The notes below the pieces were generated by a model, which saw only the letters and a program-made list of their open reading frames with translations, was not told the origin of the DNA and did no database searches. From assembly GCA_032718475.1 (NCBI GenBank), contig JAUCBJ010008372.1:23144-87143 (forward strand): a stretch of DNA of 64,000 nucleotides. The letters are read 5' to 3'. The DNA comes from Nemertoderma westbladi. Its lineage: Eukaryota; Animalia; Xenacoelomorpha. Position 1 is the first letter of the stretch. Each line of letters starts with the position of its first letter. The translations under genes and the position numbers were made by a program. Shown here one piece after another: positions 26,801-39,920 of the stretch.

Positions 26801-29800
26801 GGTGGAGAGGCTGCTGTTATAGACATTACCAATGAAGGTGGAGAGGCTGCTGTTATAGACGTTACCAATCAAGGATGAGAGGCTGCTGTTATAGACGTTA
26901 CCAATCAAGGATGAGAGGCTGCTATAATAGACGATACCAATCAAGGTAGAGAGGCTGCTGTAATAGACGTTACCAATCAAGGTAGAGAGGCTGCTGTAAT
27001 AGACGTTACCAATCAAGGTAGAGAGTCTGCTGTAATAGACGATACCAATCAAGGTAGAGAGGCTGCTGTTATAGACATTACCAATGAAGGTGAAGAGGCT
27101 GCTGTTATAAACGTTACCAATCAAGGTAGAGAGGCTGCTGTAATAGACATTGCCAATGAAGGAGGAGAGGCTGCTGTTATAGACATTACCAATGAAGGTG
27201 GAGAGGCTGCTGTTATAGACATTACCAATGAAGGTGGAGAGGCTGCTGTTATAAACGTTACCAATCAAGGTAGAGAGGCTGCTGTAATAGACATTGCCAA
27301 TGAAGGAGGAGAGGCTGCTGTTATAGACATTACCAATGAAGGTGGAGAGGCTGCTGTTATAGACATTACCAATGAAGGTGGAGAGGCTGCTGTTATAGAC
27401 GTTACCAATCAAGGATGAGAGGCTGCTGTAATAGACGATACCAATCAAGATAGAGGGGCTGCTGTTATAAACATTACCAATCAAGGTAGAGAGGCTGCTG
27501 TAATAGACGTTACCAATCAATATAGAGGGGCTGCTGTTATAAACATTACCAATCAAGGTAGAGAGGCTGCTGTTATAGACATTGCCAATGAAGGAGGAGA
27601 GGCTGCTGTTATAGACATTACCAATGAAGGTGGAGAGGCTGCTGTTATAGACATTACCAATGAAGGTGGAGAGGCTGCTGTTATAGACGTTACCAATCAA
27701 GGATGAGAGGCTGCTGTTATAGACGTTACCAATCAAGGATGAGAGGCTGCTGTAATAGACGATACCAATCAAGATAGAGGGGCTGCTGTTATAAACATTA
27801 CCAATCAAGGTAGAGAGGCTGCTGTAATAGACGTTACCAATCAAGATAGAGGGGCTGCTGTTATAAACATTACCAATCAAGGTAGAGAGGCTGCTGTAAT
27901 AGACGTTACCAATCAAGGTAGAGAGGCTGCTGTTATAAACGTTACCAATCAAGGTAGAGAGGCTGCTGTTATAAACGTTACCAATCAAGGTAGAGGGGCT
28001 GCTGTTATAGACGTTACCAATGAAGGTGGAGAGGCTGCTGTTATAGACGTTACCAATGAAGGTGGAGAGGCTGCTGTTATAGACGTTACCAATCAAGGAT
28101 GATAGGCTGCTGTAATAGACGTTACCAATCAAGGTAGAGAGGCTGCTGTAATAGACGATAGCAATGAAGGTGGAGAGGCTGCTGTTATAGACGTTACCAA
28201 TCAAGGATGAGAGGCTGCTGTAATAGATGTTACCAATCAAGGTAGAGAGGCTGCTGTAATAGACGTTACCAATGAAGGTGGAGAGGCTGCTGTTATAGAC
28301 GTTACCAATCAAGGATGAGAGGCTGCTGTAATAGACGTTACCAATCAAGGATGAGAGGCTGCTGTAATAGACGATACCAATCAAGATAGAGGGGCTGCTG
28401 TTATAGACATTACCAATCAAGGTAGAGGGGCTGCTGTTATAGACATTACCAATGAAGGTGGAGAGGCTGCTGTTATAGACGTTACCAATCAAGGATGAGA
28501 GTCTGCTGTTATAGAAATTACCAATCAAGGTAGAGGGGCTGCTGTTATAGACATTACCAATGAAGGTGGAGAGTCTGCTGTTATAGACGTTACCAATCAA
28601 GGATGAGAGGCTGCTGTTATAGACGTTATCAATCAAGGTAGAGGGGGTGCTGTTATAGACGTTACCAATCAAGGTAGAGGGGGTGCTGTTATAGACGTTA
28701 CCAATCAAGGTAGAGGGGTGCTGTTATAGACATTACCAATGAAGGTGGAGAGGCTGCTGTTATAGACGTTACCAATCAAGGTAGAGGGGGTGCTGTTATA
28801 GACGTTACCAATCAAGGTAGAGGGGGTGCTGTTATAGACGTTACCAATCAAGGTAGAGGGGGTGCTGTTATAGACATTACCAATGAAGGTGGAGAGGCTG
28901 CTGTTATAGACGTTACCAATCAAGGTAGAGGGAGTGCTGTTATAGACATTACCAATGAAGGTAGAGAGGTTGCTGTTATAGACGTTACCAATCAAGGTTG
29001 AGAGGCTGCTGTTATAGACGTTACCAACCAAGGTAGAGAGGCTGATGTAATAGACGATACCAATCAAGGTAGAGGGGGTGCTGTTATAAACGTTACCAAT
29101 CAAGGTAGAGCGGGTGCTGTTATAGAAATTACCAATGATGGTAGAGAGGCTGCTGTTATAGACGTTACCAATCAAGGTTGAGAGGCTGCTGTAATAGACG
29201 ATACCAATCAACGTAGAGGGGGTGCTGTTATAGACATTACCAATGAAGGTGGAGAGGCTGCTGTTATAGACGTTACCAATCAAGGTAGAGAGGCTGCTGT
29301 TATAGACATTACCAATCAAGGTAGAGGGGGTGCTGTTATAGACGTTACCAATCAAGCTAGAGGGAGTGCTGTTATAAACGTTACCAATCAAGGTAGAGGG
29401 GGTGCTGTTATAGACATTACCAATGAAGGTGGAGAGGCTGCTGTTATAGACGTTACCAATCAAGGTAGAGGGAGTGCTGTTATAGACATTACCAATGAAG
29501 GTAGAGAGGTTGCTGTTATAGACGTTACCAATCAAGGTTGAGAGGCTGCTGTAATAGATGATACCAATCAAGGGAGAGGGGCTGCTGTTATAGACATTAC
29601 CAATGAAGGTGGAGAGGCTGCTGTTATAGACGTTACCAATCAAGGTAGAGGGAGTGCTGTTATAGACATTACCAATGAAGGTAGAGAGGTTGCTGTTATA
29701 GACGTTACCAATCAAGGTTGAGAGGCTGCTGTTATAGACGTTACCAATCAAGGTAGAGAGGCTGATGTAATAGACGATACCAATCAAGGTAGAGGGGGTG

Positions 29801-30176
29801 CTGTTATAAACGTTACCAATCAAGGTAGAGGGAGTGCTGTTATAGACATTACCAATGAAGGTAGAGAGGTTGCTGTTATAGACGTTACCAATCAAGGTTG
29901 AGAGGCTGCTGTTATAGACGTTACCAATCAAGGTTGAGAGGCTGCTGTAATAGATGATACCAATCAAGGGAGAGGGGCTGCTGTTATAGACATTACCAAT
30001 GAAGGTGGAGAGGCTGCTGTTATAGACGTTACCAATCAAGGTTGAGAGGCTGCTGTTATAAACGTTACCAATCAAGGTAGAGAGGCTGCAGTTATAGACA
30101 TTACCAATCAAGATAGAGAGTCTGCTGTTATTGACATTACCAATCAAGGTGGAGAGGCTGCTGTTATTAACATTAC
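17750..30176. repeat. 36-bp minisatellite (~340 copies by length), consensus GCTGCTGTTATAGACATTACCAATCAAGGTAGAGAG, + frame AAVIDITNQGRE
   Basis: Directly visible; the first degenerate units lie in frame in the ROCO C-terminus (DIVDITNQ, DIDNTNQGGEAAGVIDVTNQ). Local higher-order blocks, e.g. 180-bp duplication 25801/25981. Confidence 0.98.
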
Positions 30177-31037
30177 CCGGATCCACAGCTGGTCAATAAA
30201 GTGAAGTGTTATCTTAATAATTCATTGCAGGAATTCCTTAAACAAATTCGAATAAAAAACATTTCGTTTAGTTTTCATTTAAAATGTCAATGTAATTCAA
30301 AATGCGAACAGCACAATGAAATTAACTGTAGAGAAGAAATTGGTTTCCATTTTATTAAAATATTTAAAAAATTATGAAAATATTTCAGATAATAAAGTCA
30401 AATGTAAGTTTCATAAACATATGGAAAGCAACTTAATAAGAGAAAAATATACAGGTGATTTAAGTTCACATTGGAAGAAAATAACGTCTAAGGAGAATGA
30501 ACTTCTAGATAAACTAGAAATATTAGAACTAAACTTATAATTTTCTTAGAAGCTAAGCGAACTTTGTCTCGGGATGTTTTATCTATAATTAACTCGAAAC
30601 CAAATGTATTCAGTAAAATAAAGACTTTATTGGAGGCAATAAAATGGGGTACAGAAAATAATTACGGAATATTTATTGAAGGATTAAAGGAAACATATCA
30701 AACTCATATAGTAAATATTTTAGAGGATAAAACAACAGATGATGATAAAAAGTTTCCGTTGATACTAACTAAATATAAGTTTGTTTTAGTTAATAGAATC
30801 GAACCAAACTTGGTAATAAAATTACTTTGTAGGAAACAAGTGTTTAGGGATTCTATAGCTGAATCAATCAATAGTAAAGAATCCACATTGGCAAAGAATA
30901 ATGAACTGGTCAACGCGATAATTAGAAGGTCATTCAACGATTTTCTTACATTCTGTCAATGTCTGAGAGACACAAATCAGGTTCAAATAGCTGATATCCT
31001 GACTACAGCTGTACATAATTTAGATGATTTAGTCTAA
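30177..31037 (+). pseudogene. Frameshifted, diverged second copy of the ROCO C-terminal module (COR end, Cys cluster, CARD, CARD)
   Basis: PDPQLVNKVK..KNISFSFHLKCQCNSKCEQH matches PDPDIVNKVN..KNISFDFEIKCECNAKCDQH; SSHW, LLEAIKWGTENNY, FPLILTKYK and FLTFCQCLRDTNQ match the upstream ORF. Broken by ~10-bp (~30360) and ~5-bp (~30531) insertions. Confidence 0.88.
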
Positions 31038-31807
31038 ATATAAAAATAATTATATACAATTTTCAATGTTTAATTTTGTTACCAACCAGAGATAAATAAT
31101 GTATTGGATATGATGGGAATATATCCCATAATAATGTTATTTAGCAAGAATGGTAAGGATAATATTTCATAATTATTTTTTACTTATAATGCCAGTCAGG
31201 GCCGGACACACAATTTCTACTAGCATTTTATAGCTATTCGTGTCCGACCTACCATCCACTATATTAAATATATAAAATTTAGTGCAATTTCTATTATATT
31301 ATGGTAAATATACATTCAAGTTAAAGTTTAATGATTATTTTATTAAGTTTTCTCTTTTATAGATGGAAATACGAATATCTCCTGATCTCGGAATCGTAAA
31401 CCAGTAAACTGTCAGGCTCTGAACCAAATCAAACAACCGCCTAAATTATAAAACAGACTTGAAATCTTTTAGTATCGCCGATCCGATAAGATAACCCCGA
31501 TTCTGGACTGTAATGAACCGACATGATTTGTTCCTTATCAGATATTCGTCGTAGTCTGGGAAACCAGGAAATCTGGAAACACAAACCTGGAATCTACTGG
31601 AACTCAAATATTAGTGGCTTAAAACGGAGATGTTGGAACCAAATTACTTGGAACACAATTATCGAAAACTTCAGAATAAGTTAGTAATAAATTGTTACAT
31701 GGAATATATCCTACAGTCGGTGTCTCAAAGTGTAATCTGGTATTACCGTTATTTTGAATACATTATTAATAAATTATATTATTTCTACTTATTTTATAGG
31801 TAGAGCT

Positions 31808-33990
31808 CATAAACTCTATCCACCAACCCATCGGAACCATAATCTCTATTCACCCACCCATCAGAACCATAAACTCTATTCACCAACCCATCAGAACCAT
31901 AAACTCTATCCACCAACCCATCGGAACCATAAACTCTATCCACCAACCCATCGGAACCATAAACTCTATCCACGAGCCCATCGGAACTATAAACTCTATC
32001 CACCAACCCATCGGAACCATAAACTCTATCCACCAACCCATCGGAACCATAAACTCTATCCACGAGCCCATCGGAACTATAAACTCTATCCACCAACCCA
32101 TCGGAACCATAAACTCTATCCACCAACCCATCGGAACCATAAACTCTATCCACCAACCCATCGGAACCATAAACTCTATCCACCAACCCATCGGAAACAT
32201 AAACTCTATCCACCAACCCATCGGAACCATAAACTCTATCCACCAACCCATCAGAACCATAAACTCTATCCACCAACCCATCGGAACCATAAACTCTATC
32301 CACCAACCCATCGGAACTATAAACTCTATCCACCAACCCATCGGAACCATAAACTCTATCCACTAACCCATCGGAACCATAAACTCTATTCACCAACCCA
32401 TCAGAACCATAAACTCTATCCACCAACCCATCGGAACCATAAACTCTATCCACCAACCCATCGGAACCATAAACTCTATCCACCAACCCATCGGAACGTT
32501 AAACTCTATCCACCAACCCATCGGAACCATAATCTCTATTCACCAACCCATCAGAACCATAAACTCTATCCACCAACCCATCAGAACCATAAACTCTATT
32601 CACCAACCCATCAGAACCATAAACTCTATCCACCAACCCATCGGAACCATAAACTCTATCCACCAACCCATCGGAACCATAAACTCTATCCACCAACCCA
32701 TCGGAACTATAAACTCTATCCACCAACCCATCGGAACCATAAACTCTATCCACCAACCCATCGGAACCAAAAACTATATCCACCAACCCATCGGAACCAT
32801 AAACTCTATCCACCAACCCATCGGAAACATAAACTCTATCCACCAACCCATCGGAACCATAAACTCTATCCACCAACCCATCGGAACCATAAACTCTATC
32901 CACCAACCCATCGGAACCATAAACTCTATCCACCAACCCATCGGAACTATAAACTCTATCCACTAACCCATCGGAACCATAAACTCTATCCACTAACCCA
33001 TCGGAACCATAAACTCTATCCACCAACCCATCGGAACCATAAACTCTATCCACCAACCCATCGGAACCATAAACTCTATCCACCAACCCATCGGAACCAT
33101 AAACTCTATCCACCAACCCATCGGAACCATAAACTCTATCCACCAACCCATCAGAACCATAAACTCTCCCGTAACCCATCGGAACGTTAAACTCTATCCA
33201 CCAACCCATCGGATCCATAAACTCTATCCACCAACCCATCGGATCCATAAACTCTATCCACCAACCCATCAGAACCATAAACTCTATCATCCAACCCATC
33301 AGAACCATAAACTCTCCAGTAACCCATCGGAACGTTAAACTCTATCCACCAACCCATCGGATCCATAAACTCTATCCACCAACCCATCGGAACCATAAAC
33401 TCTATCCACCAACCCATCGGAACCATAAACTCTATCCACCAACCCATTGGAACAATACACTCTATCCACCAACCCATCGGAACCATAAACTCTATCCACC
33501 AACCGATCGGAACCATAAACTCTATCCACCAACCCATCGGAACCATAAACTCTATCCACCAACCCATCGGAACCATAAACTCTATCCACCAACCCATCAG
33601 AACCATAAAATCTCCAGTAACCCATCGGAACGTTAAACTCTATCCACCAACCCATCGGATCCATAAACTCTATCCACCAACCCATTGGAACCATAAACTC
33701 TATTCACCAACCCATCAGAACCATAAACTCTATCCACAAACCCATCAGAACCATAAACTATATTCACCAACCCATCGGAACCATAAACTCTATCCACCAA
33801 CCCATCGGGAACCATAAACTCTATCCACCAATCCATCGGACTCATAAACTCTGTCCAGTAACCCATCGGAACCATAAACTCTATCCACCAACCCATCGGA
33901 ACCATAACCTCTCTCCACCAACCCATCGGAACCATAAACTCTATCCACCAACCCATCCGAACCATAAACTCTGTCCACTAAACCATCTGA
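31808..33990. repeat. 30-bp minisatellite CATCGGAACCATAAACTCTATCCACCAACC (~70 copies)
   Basis: Directly visible; homogeneous to ~33160, more indels afterwards. Confidence 0.97.
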
Positions 33991-35314
33991 GTTATAAGAT
34001 TCGGCAACTGAACTGGATCTTAATTACTGGTAAGTAATAATTATATGATCTTTTTGCCTTTGCTTGGTCACAGTGCAAACCTATCATCGAACATTCGTCA
34101 ATAAACATATTTCTATACATTAAACTATGATATACTAGATATATAGTATATTGCATGTCACAGTTATATAAATTAAATGAAACTAAAACATGAGTAGACT
34201 AGTCTATGTCACTAATACACGTTGTGGGGTCTTCGAGCAGCACGTGTTCAAATGTTCAATGACTGAACAGCGAATAATTAACAAATTTATGAGAGAATCA
34301 TTGACCAGCTACCGACAGACCAATATTGTGACATATATTTTAGTTTAATGTTTGATTCAATTAAAGGCACAAATTAAAAAGGCTACAAATATATAGGGTT
34401 GAATAATTAAATTAGTCACCCATTAAAAGGTAGCCAAATATAAGTTGCAATCTATATAAATTTTTTAATTCAGTAGTGTGCGTGTGTTGTGTATTGATTC
34501 CGTAGATTTCATGTTGAAATAGCGTTCATTAATTTAATTTCTATTTAATTATTCAGGCATACTAATACACACATTAAATTAGTTCGTGTGTGTTAAGTGT
34601 GTAAGATTTGATTGTTTCGTCACGAAACCATTAGGGCTCAGAAACTGACGAATTCTTTGCGAATTTCGCAAACGTCGCAAACTTCGGGAATTTGTTCTAC
34701 AATTTTGACTCCTTAAGCAAAAGTGTCCCGAATGAGTTTGTTAACTTTTATTTTTTTGTGATTTTGAGTGCTTTTTTATATTAGTGAATGTTCTAGAACC
34801 GTAGTATTTTTTACTAGCTAGTAATTTTTGGAAATTATTTTGGTCATTAATATATTCTTCAACAGTTTAACCTGAAATATCATGGACTTTCACATTTTTT
34901 ATAGTTTCAAAAAAAACTAGCTAGCAAAAAAACACTAGCTATCATAAAAAACATATCTACTAATGTTGTAGAACTTTCACCAATACCAAAAAAATTAAAA
35001 AACTCTAAAAAAAGGATTGGTGAAAAATGGCTGGGGTGTCGACAGGGCGAAGTAGGGACCGTCTTGCTTAACCCCTTAGAGCCTAATGACGTCCACTGCA
35101 CGTCACCATGGACATCACGAGGACGTGCAGTGGACGTCATGCTGGAATACATGTTTTATTGGAAGGCTCTTGGAGTAGGTATACTGGTGGATAGTATTAA
35201 TGACATTTATTGCTCTTCATGGCAAAAAATCCATTCTGTACTGTAGATAGGCTGTATTGTAGACTGTATTATTAGTGTTAGGTATATGGCGTAATGCCAA
35301 CCACAGTACAGTAG

Positions 35315-35860
35315 TTCAGACTGACAGAGAGACCGACAGACAGACAGAATAGATTTATGTAAACGTGTAAACTGACATCAGAAATGAAATCAGCAACCCT
35401 TAAAACCCCCATAGCGAGAATGTTGATTAGTTAGTATACTTTCTTAAGTTTTCACAGACTGTCTGACAGAAAGACCGACAGCCAGACAGACTAGATTTTA
35501 TTAAACGTGAAAACTGACATCTAAAATAAAATCAGCACCCATTAAAACCCCCATAACGAGAATGTTAGTTAGTTTGTATTCTTTTTTAAGTTTTGACAAA
35601 CTGACTGGCTGACAGAAAGACCGACAAACAGACAGACTAGATTTATGTAAACCTGAAAACTGACATCAGAAATGAAATCAGCACCCCTTAAAACCCCCAT
35701 AGCGAGGATGTTAGTTAATTTGAATTATCTTTTAAGTTTTGACAGACTGACTGACAGAATGACCGACAGACAGACAGACTAGATTTATGTAAACGTGAAA
35801 ACTGACATCAGAAATGTAATCAGCACTCCTTAAAACCCCCATAGCGAGAATGTTAGCGAC
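35315..35860. repeat. Four ~145-bp tandem units containing GACA microsatellite; probably internal repeats of a non-autonomous element (Helitron/Helentron-like is a guess)
   Basis: Repeated GACCGACAGACAGACAGACTAGATTTATGTAAACGTGAAAACTGACATCAGAAATGAAATCAGCACCC..AAAACCCCCATAGCGAG; (CA)n tract follows at ~36527-36565. Confidence 0.75.
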
Positions 35861-37429
35861 AAGTTTTTATTAACCATATTTCGTAAGATATATTTTAAAA
35901 CATTTATTTATTAATAATGCAGATGTATACTGAATAAATGTAAACTGAATAACCAGATAACGGAAAGACAAACCGAATTGAAACTTTTAATTACTAATAA
36001 TAATAATTGTGGTGAGAGGTGATGGAAATCAAGAATATATGTTATGTTATAGAGCACGCGTTGGTAGGCACAGGCAAATGAATTGATGTCTGTTGAGATG
36101 TATTGAAGGAGCACTATTCCTTCTACTGCACTACTATGTCCTTGTGTACTAGCCTAGGCACTGGCTTGGTCAAAGACTTTAGCTTGCAGTAATGTAAAAC
36201 TTCAAGAAAAATTATTGGGCACGGCTGCCCTTGCCATGCCTTAGGCTCTATGGGGGAGAATGGAATCAGCGTATGAATTTACAATGTTAATTATGTTTAA
36301 ATCAATTAAAAATACATTTATTAACGCAAATCACTTGAAAAAATAAAAAACTATAATGGGATGGGGTACATGGATTCCAGATATCTAATTTCTGTGCAAA
36401 ATAACTTTAATCGTATGGTGCTAAACAATTAATTTCCATGGAGAGATCGTTCAAAATGACCCAACCATACAATTTAGCTGAAGATATTAACTTCGATTAT
36501 GGCTTCCGACATTCATGGCTTCCGACACACACACACACACACCCCATCACACACACACACACACAGACTTTTGAGAAACGGCCATAGTATAATTATATCA
36601 GTTCGCTGATGGCTCGCCATACGTGTCTCGCCCCACATACTACTAGGACGAGAGAGAATGGACTGGACAGTTGAAATGAGATTTTTTCATAGTTGTCGCA
36701 ATTTCGTTTCTCTCAAGTTCAGTATCCCTTTCAAGTTGGTCTTTATATGTTATAGCCGGTCGTCCACGCCTACACTTTCCTTGTGATGGTTGCCAGAAAA
36801 GCAGATCTGGTATTAAGACCTCATGTTTACTTCTCCAGCAGTGCCCACTGAATCTTAATCTGCATTCACGGGGGTTGTGTGTTTGATCAATGTGTTATAT
36901 GTCATATTGTTGACATATGTTCGTATTGTCATATTGTTGTCCCCAGATGTTATGTTTATCATTAATGTTTCATTTTTCTGTTAGAACGACATTTTATTAT
37001 TCCTTATTTATTTATAGATTAAGAATTTAACCGCAAAAAGAAACACAATTTAGTAAATTTAACGAAGGAACTGAGCGATTTTGTGTAACTTAGATGATGA
37101 TTCGCCATTTACAAACTCCAGTTGGTCGCCACTATCTCAATAAACATTAAAGTAAGTGTAGCATCCATTCATAAAATAAACACTGACTTTTTTACTTACA
37201 TCTTTATCTTACAGCACCGGTATTGGTTTCTTCTATTAAATAACAACAGCAGACTAGTTAGTGTTTATTAAGTTGCACAGAGTTTGTTAAGCTAAGCTGT
37301 TAGTTGGATAGCACGCGAACACGAATCTGGGCCGAACTGAACCGAACTGATCGAAAGTGTGGCGAAATGGACCAAGTGTCTATAGCGATAGTGTTAACCG
37401 AAATTCTGTCCATCTTCAGGATTTTATCT

Positions 37430-38480
37430 CTGTAAATGGATTGTTTTCGGCTGGAACTTAGTTCAAGAAGGGGCTGGAAAGCTATGGACTCATAGTGGAC
37501 CCAGTGGTCACAAGCCCCAGATAGACCATTTTCTGTTTCGTAGGAAATAAAGGAGCTCTATAAAAGACTGTAATGCTTTTACACTTCGACCCTTCTCCAG
37601 TGATCACCGCCTTATTGTGGCTAAGGTAAGACTTAGTCTGCGTGCTAGCAGAACAACGAAATCTGCCTTGCCGCGGCATGACTGGTCCTCTCAGTTGCAA
37701 CAGCCAAGTGTGAGATACAGCTTCACACTACAGCTGAGCAACAGGTATGAGGTTCTTTCCTCTGAGGCGGCAGATCACTGTGAGGGCTATACTGCCTACA
37801 CAGAAGCAGTTAAGTTAGCAGCTGCAGAAAAAGTTGCTGTATACCCTCGAAACAGGAAAAGGGCCCCCTGGACTGACCACAAAATTCAGAAGTGCCGATA
37901 TGACCTCTATAAGGCGCCGAAAGAGTCCCGACTCAAACAGACAACAGCGGCCAAGAATGCAGTTAAGGCTGCATCTAGATCCCCGAACAGGCAGTACTCT
38001 GTTAATATGCAGGAGCTAATAAACCAACAGGTTGATGCCATCAATGATTCTGACAACAGCAGGCAATCATCCCAGGCATAAAAATTGATCAACTTGCTTA
38101 CTGGGCGGAAAAGCCAACCAACCACCAAGGTTAATACAGAATCACCAGCCGATCGCCTCAATGGTTGGAAGGCCCACTTTGAAAAGCTCCTCAATAATGA
38201 CAGGGTATTGCCTGATAACTTTATAGAAGTAAAAGTGTTTGAGTCTGTACTCCCAGATATTCCCATTGGCGATATCTCCTTTGCAGAAGTGAAGGCTGCT
38301 GCAAAGAGAAGACAGGCATCTGGCTGTTATCTTTGTTGACTTCTTCAAGGCCTTTGATTCAGTCTCTCGCCTATGTATCTTCAGCATACTTTCATTATAT
38401 GGGATTCCTGATGAAATTATTGCAGCAATCAGATCAGTATACGATGGTTCGACAACGTTTGTGTCGATCGAGGACCAAGG
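37430..38480 (+). mobile_element. Decayed RTE-clade LINE fragment: APE endonuclease end, linker, start of RT (internally deleted)
   Basis: Translates to LWTHSGPSGHKPQIDH, SDHRLIVAKVRLSLR, LSNRYEVL, WKAHFEKLLN, then IFVDFFKAFDSV..YGIPDEII; contains stops. Confidence 0.85.
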
Positions 38481-39920
38481 AATATGAGGTGATGCAAGGG
38501 CTGAGGGAACATGGGGTGACAGAAGTGGGGGAAAAACCAACAAATGGGGGGGGGGGGGGGCAGCTGGCAAGTATAACGTGTATCCTTTGGTCAGTCGCCA
38601 TGTAGGTAGGACTGTGTAATAAGTTTCCCCATAGTTTCCATATATCTGTTGGACAATATTAACTGTGTTCAGTTGGCTATTAATTACTGTGGATGTCGGA
38701 CGGTATACCACCGTCGAGGTATCTTCTATTGATTGTGCTGTAATTTGTCTACTGGTACTTATATATTTATCAGCTATTATTAACAACGATAAACCAATAA
38801 CTCTTGCATTTTACCAGCCTACGGCCTTCAGCCTTCATAGTCATTATAAACACGGCGATGCGTAGGAAACACGACAAGAGATTTACCCGGTCGGGATCCC
38901 ACGCCAACTCGGATCCCATCACATATTATTATATTATTTATTTATTTACAGAATAACCGCGAATCAAAAAAGAAATCCTAATAAAGTAATCCAACCCTCT
39001 ACAGAAAGAAGTTCAGATGTTGGAACGTCAAACTGTCCTAATTATTCCATTGAAGATCAGATCAAATGATTGAATAACATCAGTTCAATTCCGTATCTTA
39101 CAGAATATTACATTTAGTTACAAAAAATAATTTAGAGTATTTTGTATTAATTTTAATTTATGGAATTTTCTAACTCTATTTATATAAAAAATAATAACAA
39201 AGATTTATTAGTATTTTCCATAGGGAGAGCTCGCAATGTTTGCTAAAATTAGATATAAAATAATTAATTTATATCAGATGTAAATACAATAATGATATAA
39301 ATTTCTTTCAATTTATTTCCATTTTAATTCGTTCTTGGTCGATATTATTCCCATATTATCTGTATTGTGTATTCGAGTAATACCTGTGTATCTCCTACGT
39401 GTCCCTTTGGTAGACACAAACCTGGACCATCTACTAATAAAACGTTTTAATTATAACTCAGAGGTTCCCATTGGTTATATTATTAACCAATCGGTTCTTT
39501 AACCAATAATACATTGGTTTACAATGAGTGTAACGGAGTTGGTTCCCATTCAGAACTACTATAATGTTATATGTTTATCTAATCTATTCTAATTATCTCG
39601 GTCCCACTGTGGCTGGTTGTGGTTTCCCTAAAGTTACCCGACAACCCTATGTCATTGTACGTCCGTCCGTGTTACTAAACTATCAACTCTGTTTGGACAA
39701 TCGCACTCCATTCTGCACCCAAAATCACCAGTTCAGCTATTTATATCCTTATAAAGGTTATATTTAGCATTAATTAATTACAGCGATCAGTGGATTGGTT
39801 ACAGACTTGTTCAGTAAACCCAGGGGGGTCTGTATTGGATACACAGGGTTCCTTCTCTATATACTTACATTCCTATATGGAACACTGACATGAAACCAAA
39901 TCAGATTTTCAGCTGTTGTA

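Noticed and set aside
18880-30045. Recurrent TGA as selenocysteine or readthrough codons
   Set aside because: The frame is already terminated at 17879 and broken by indels; no SECIS recognised.
18042-30186. Six long minus-strand ORFs as real genes
   Set aside because: In-register antisense of the ROCO-derived repeat; non-ATG starts, no unique sequence, indel breaks. Kept only as a low-interest finding.
31754-33978. HRNHKLYPPT, VDRVYGSDGL and MVPMGWWIEF ORFs
   Set aside because: Expected by-product of a 30-bp unit; several overlapping frames are open and none has unique domain sequence.
34156-34333. TGTCACA...TGTGACA as a small solo LTR
   Set aside because: No matching target-site duplication and no second copy in the window.
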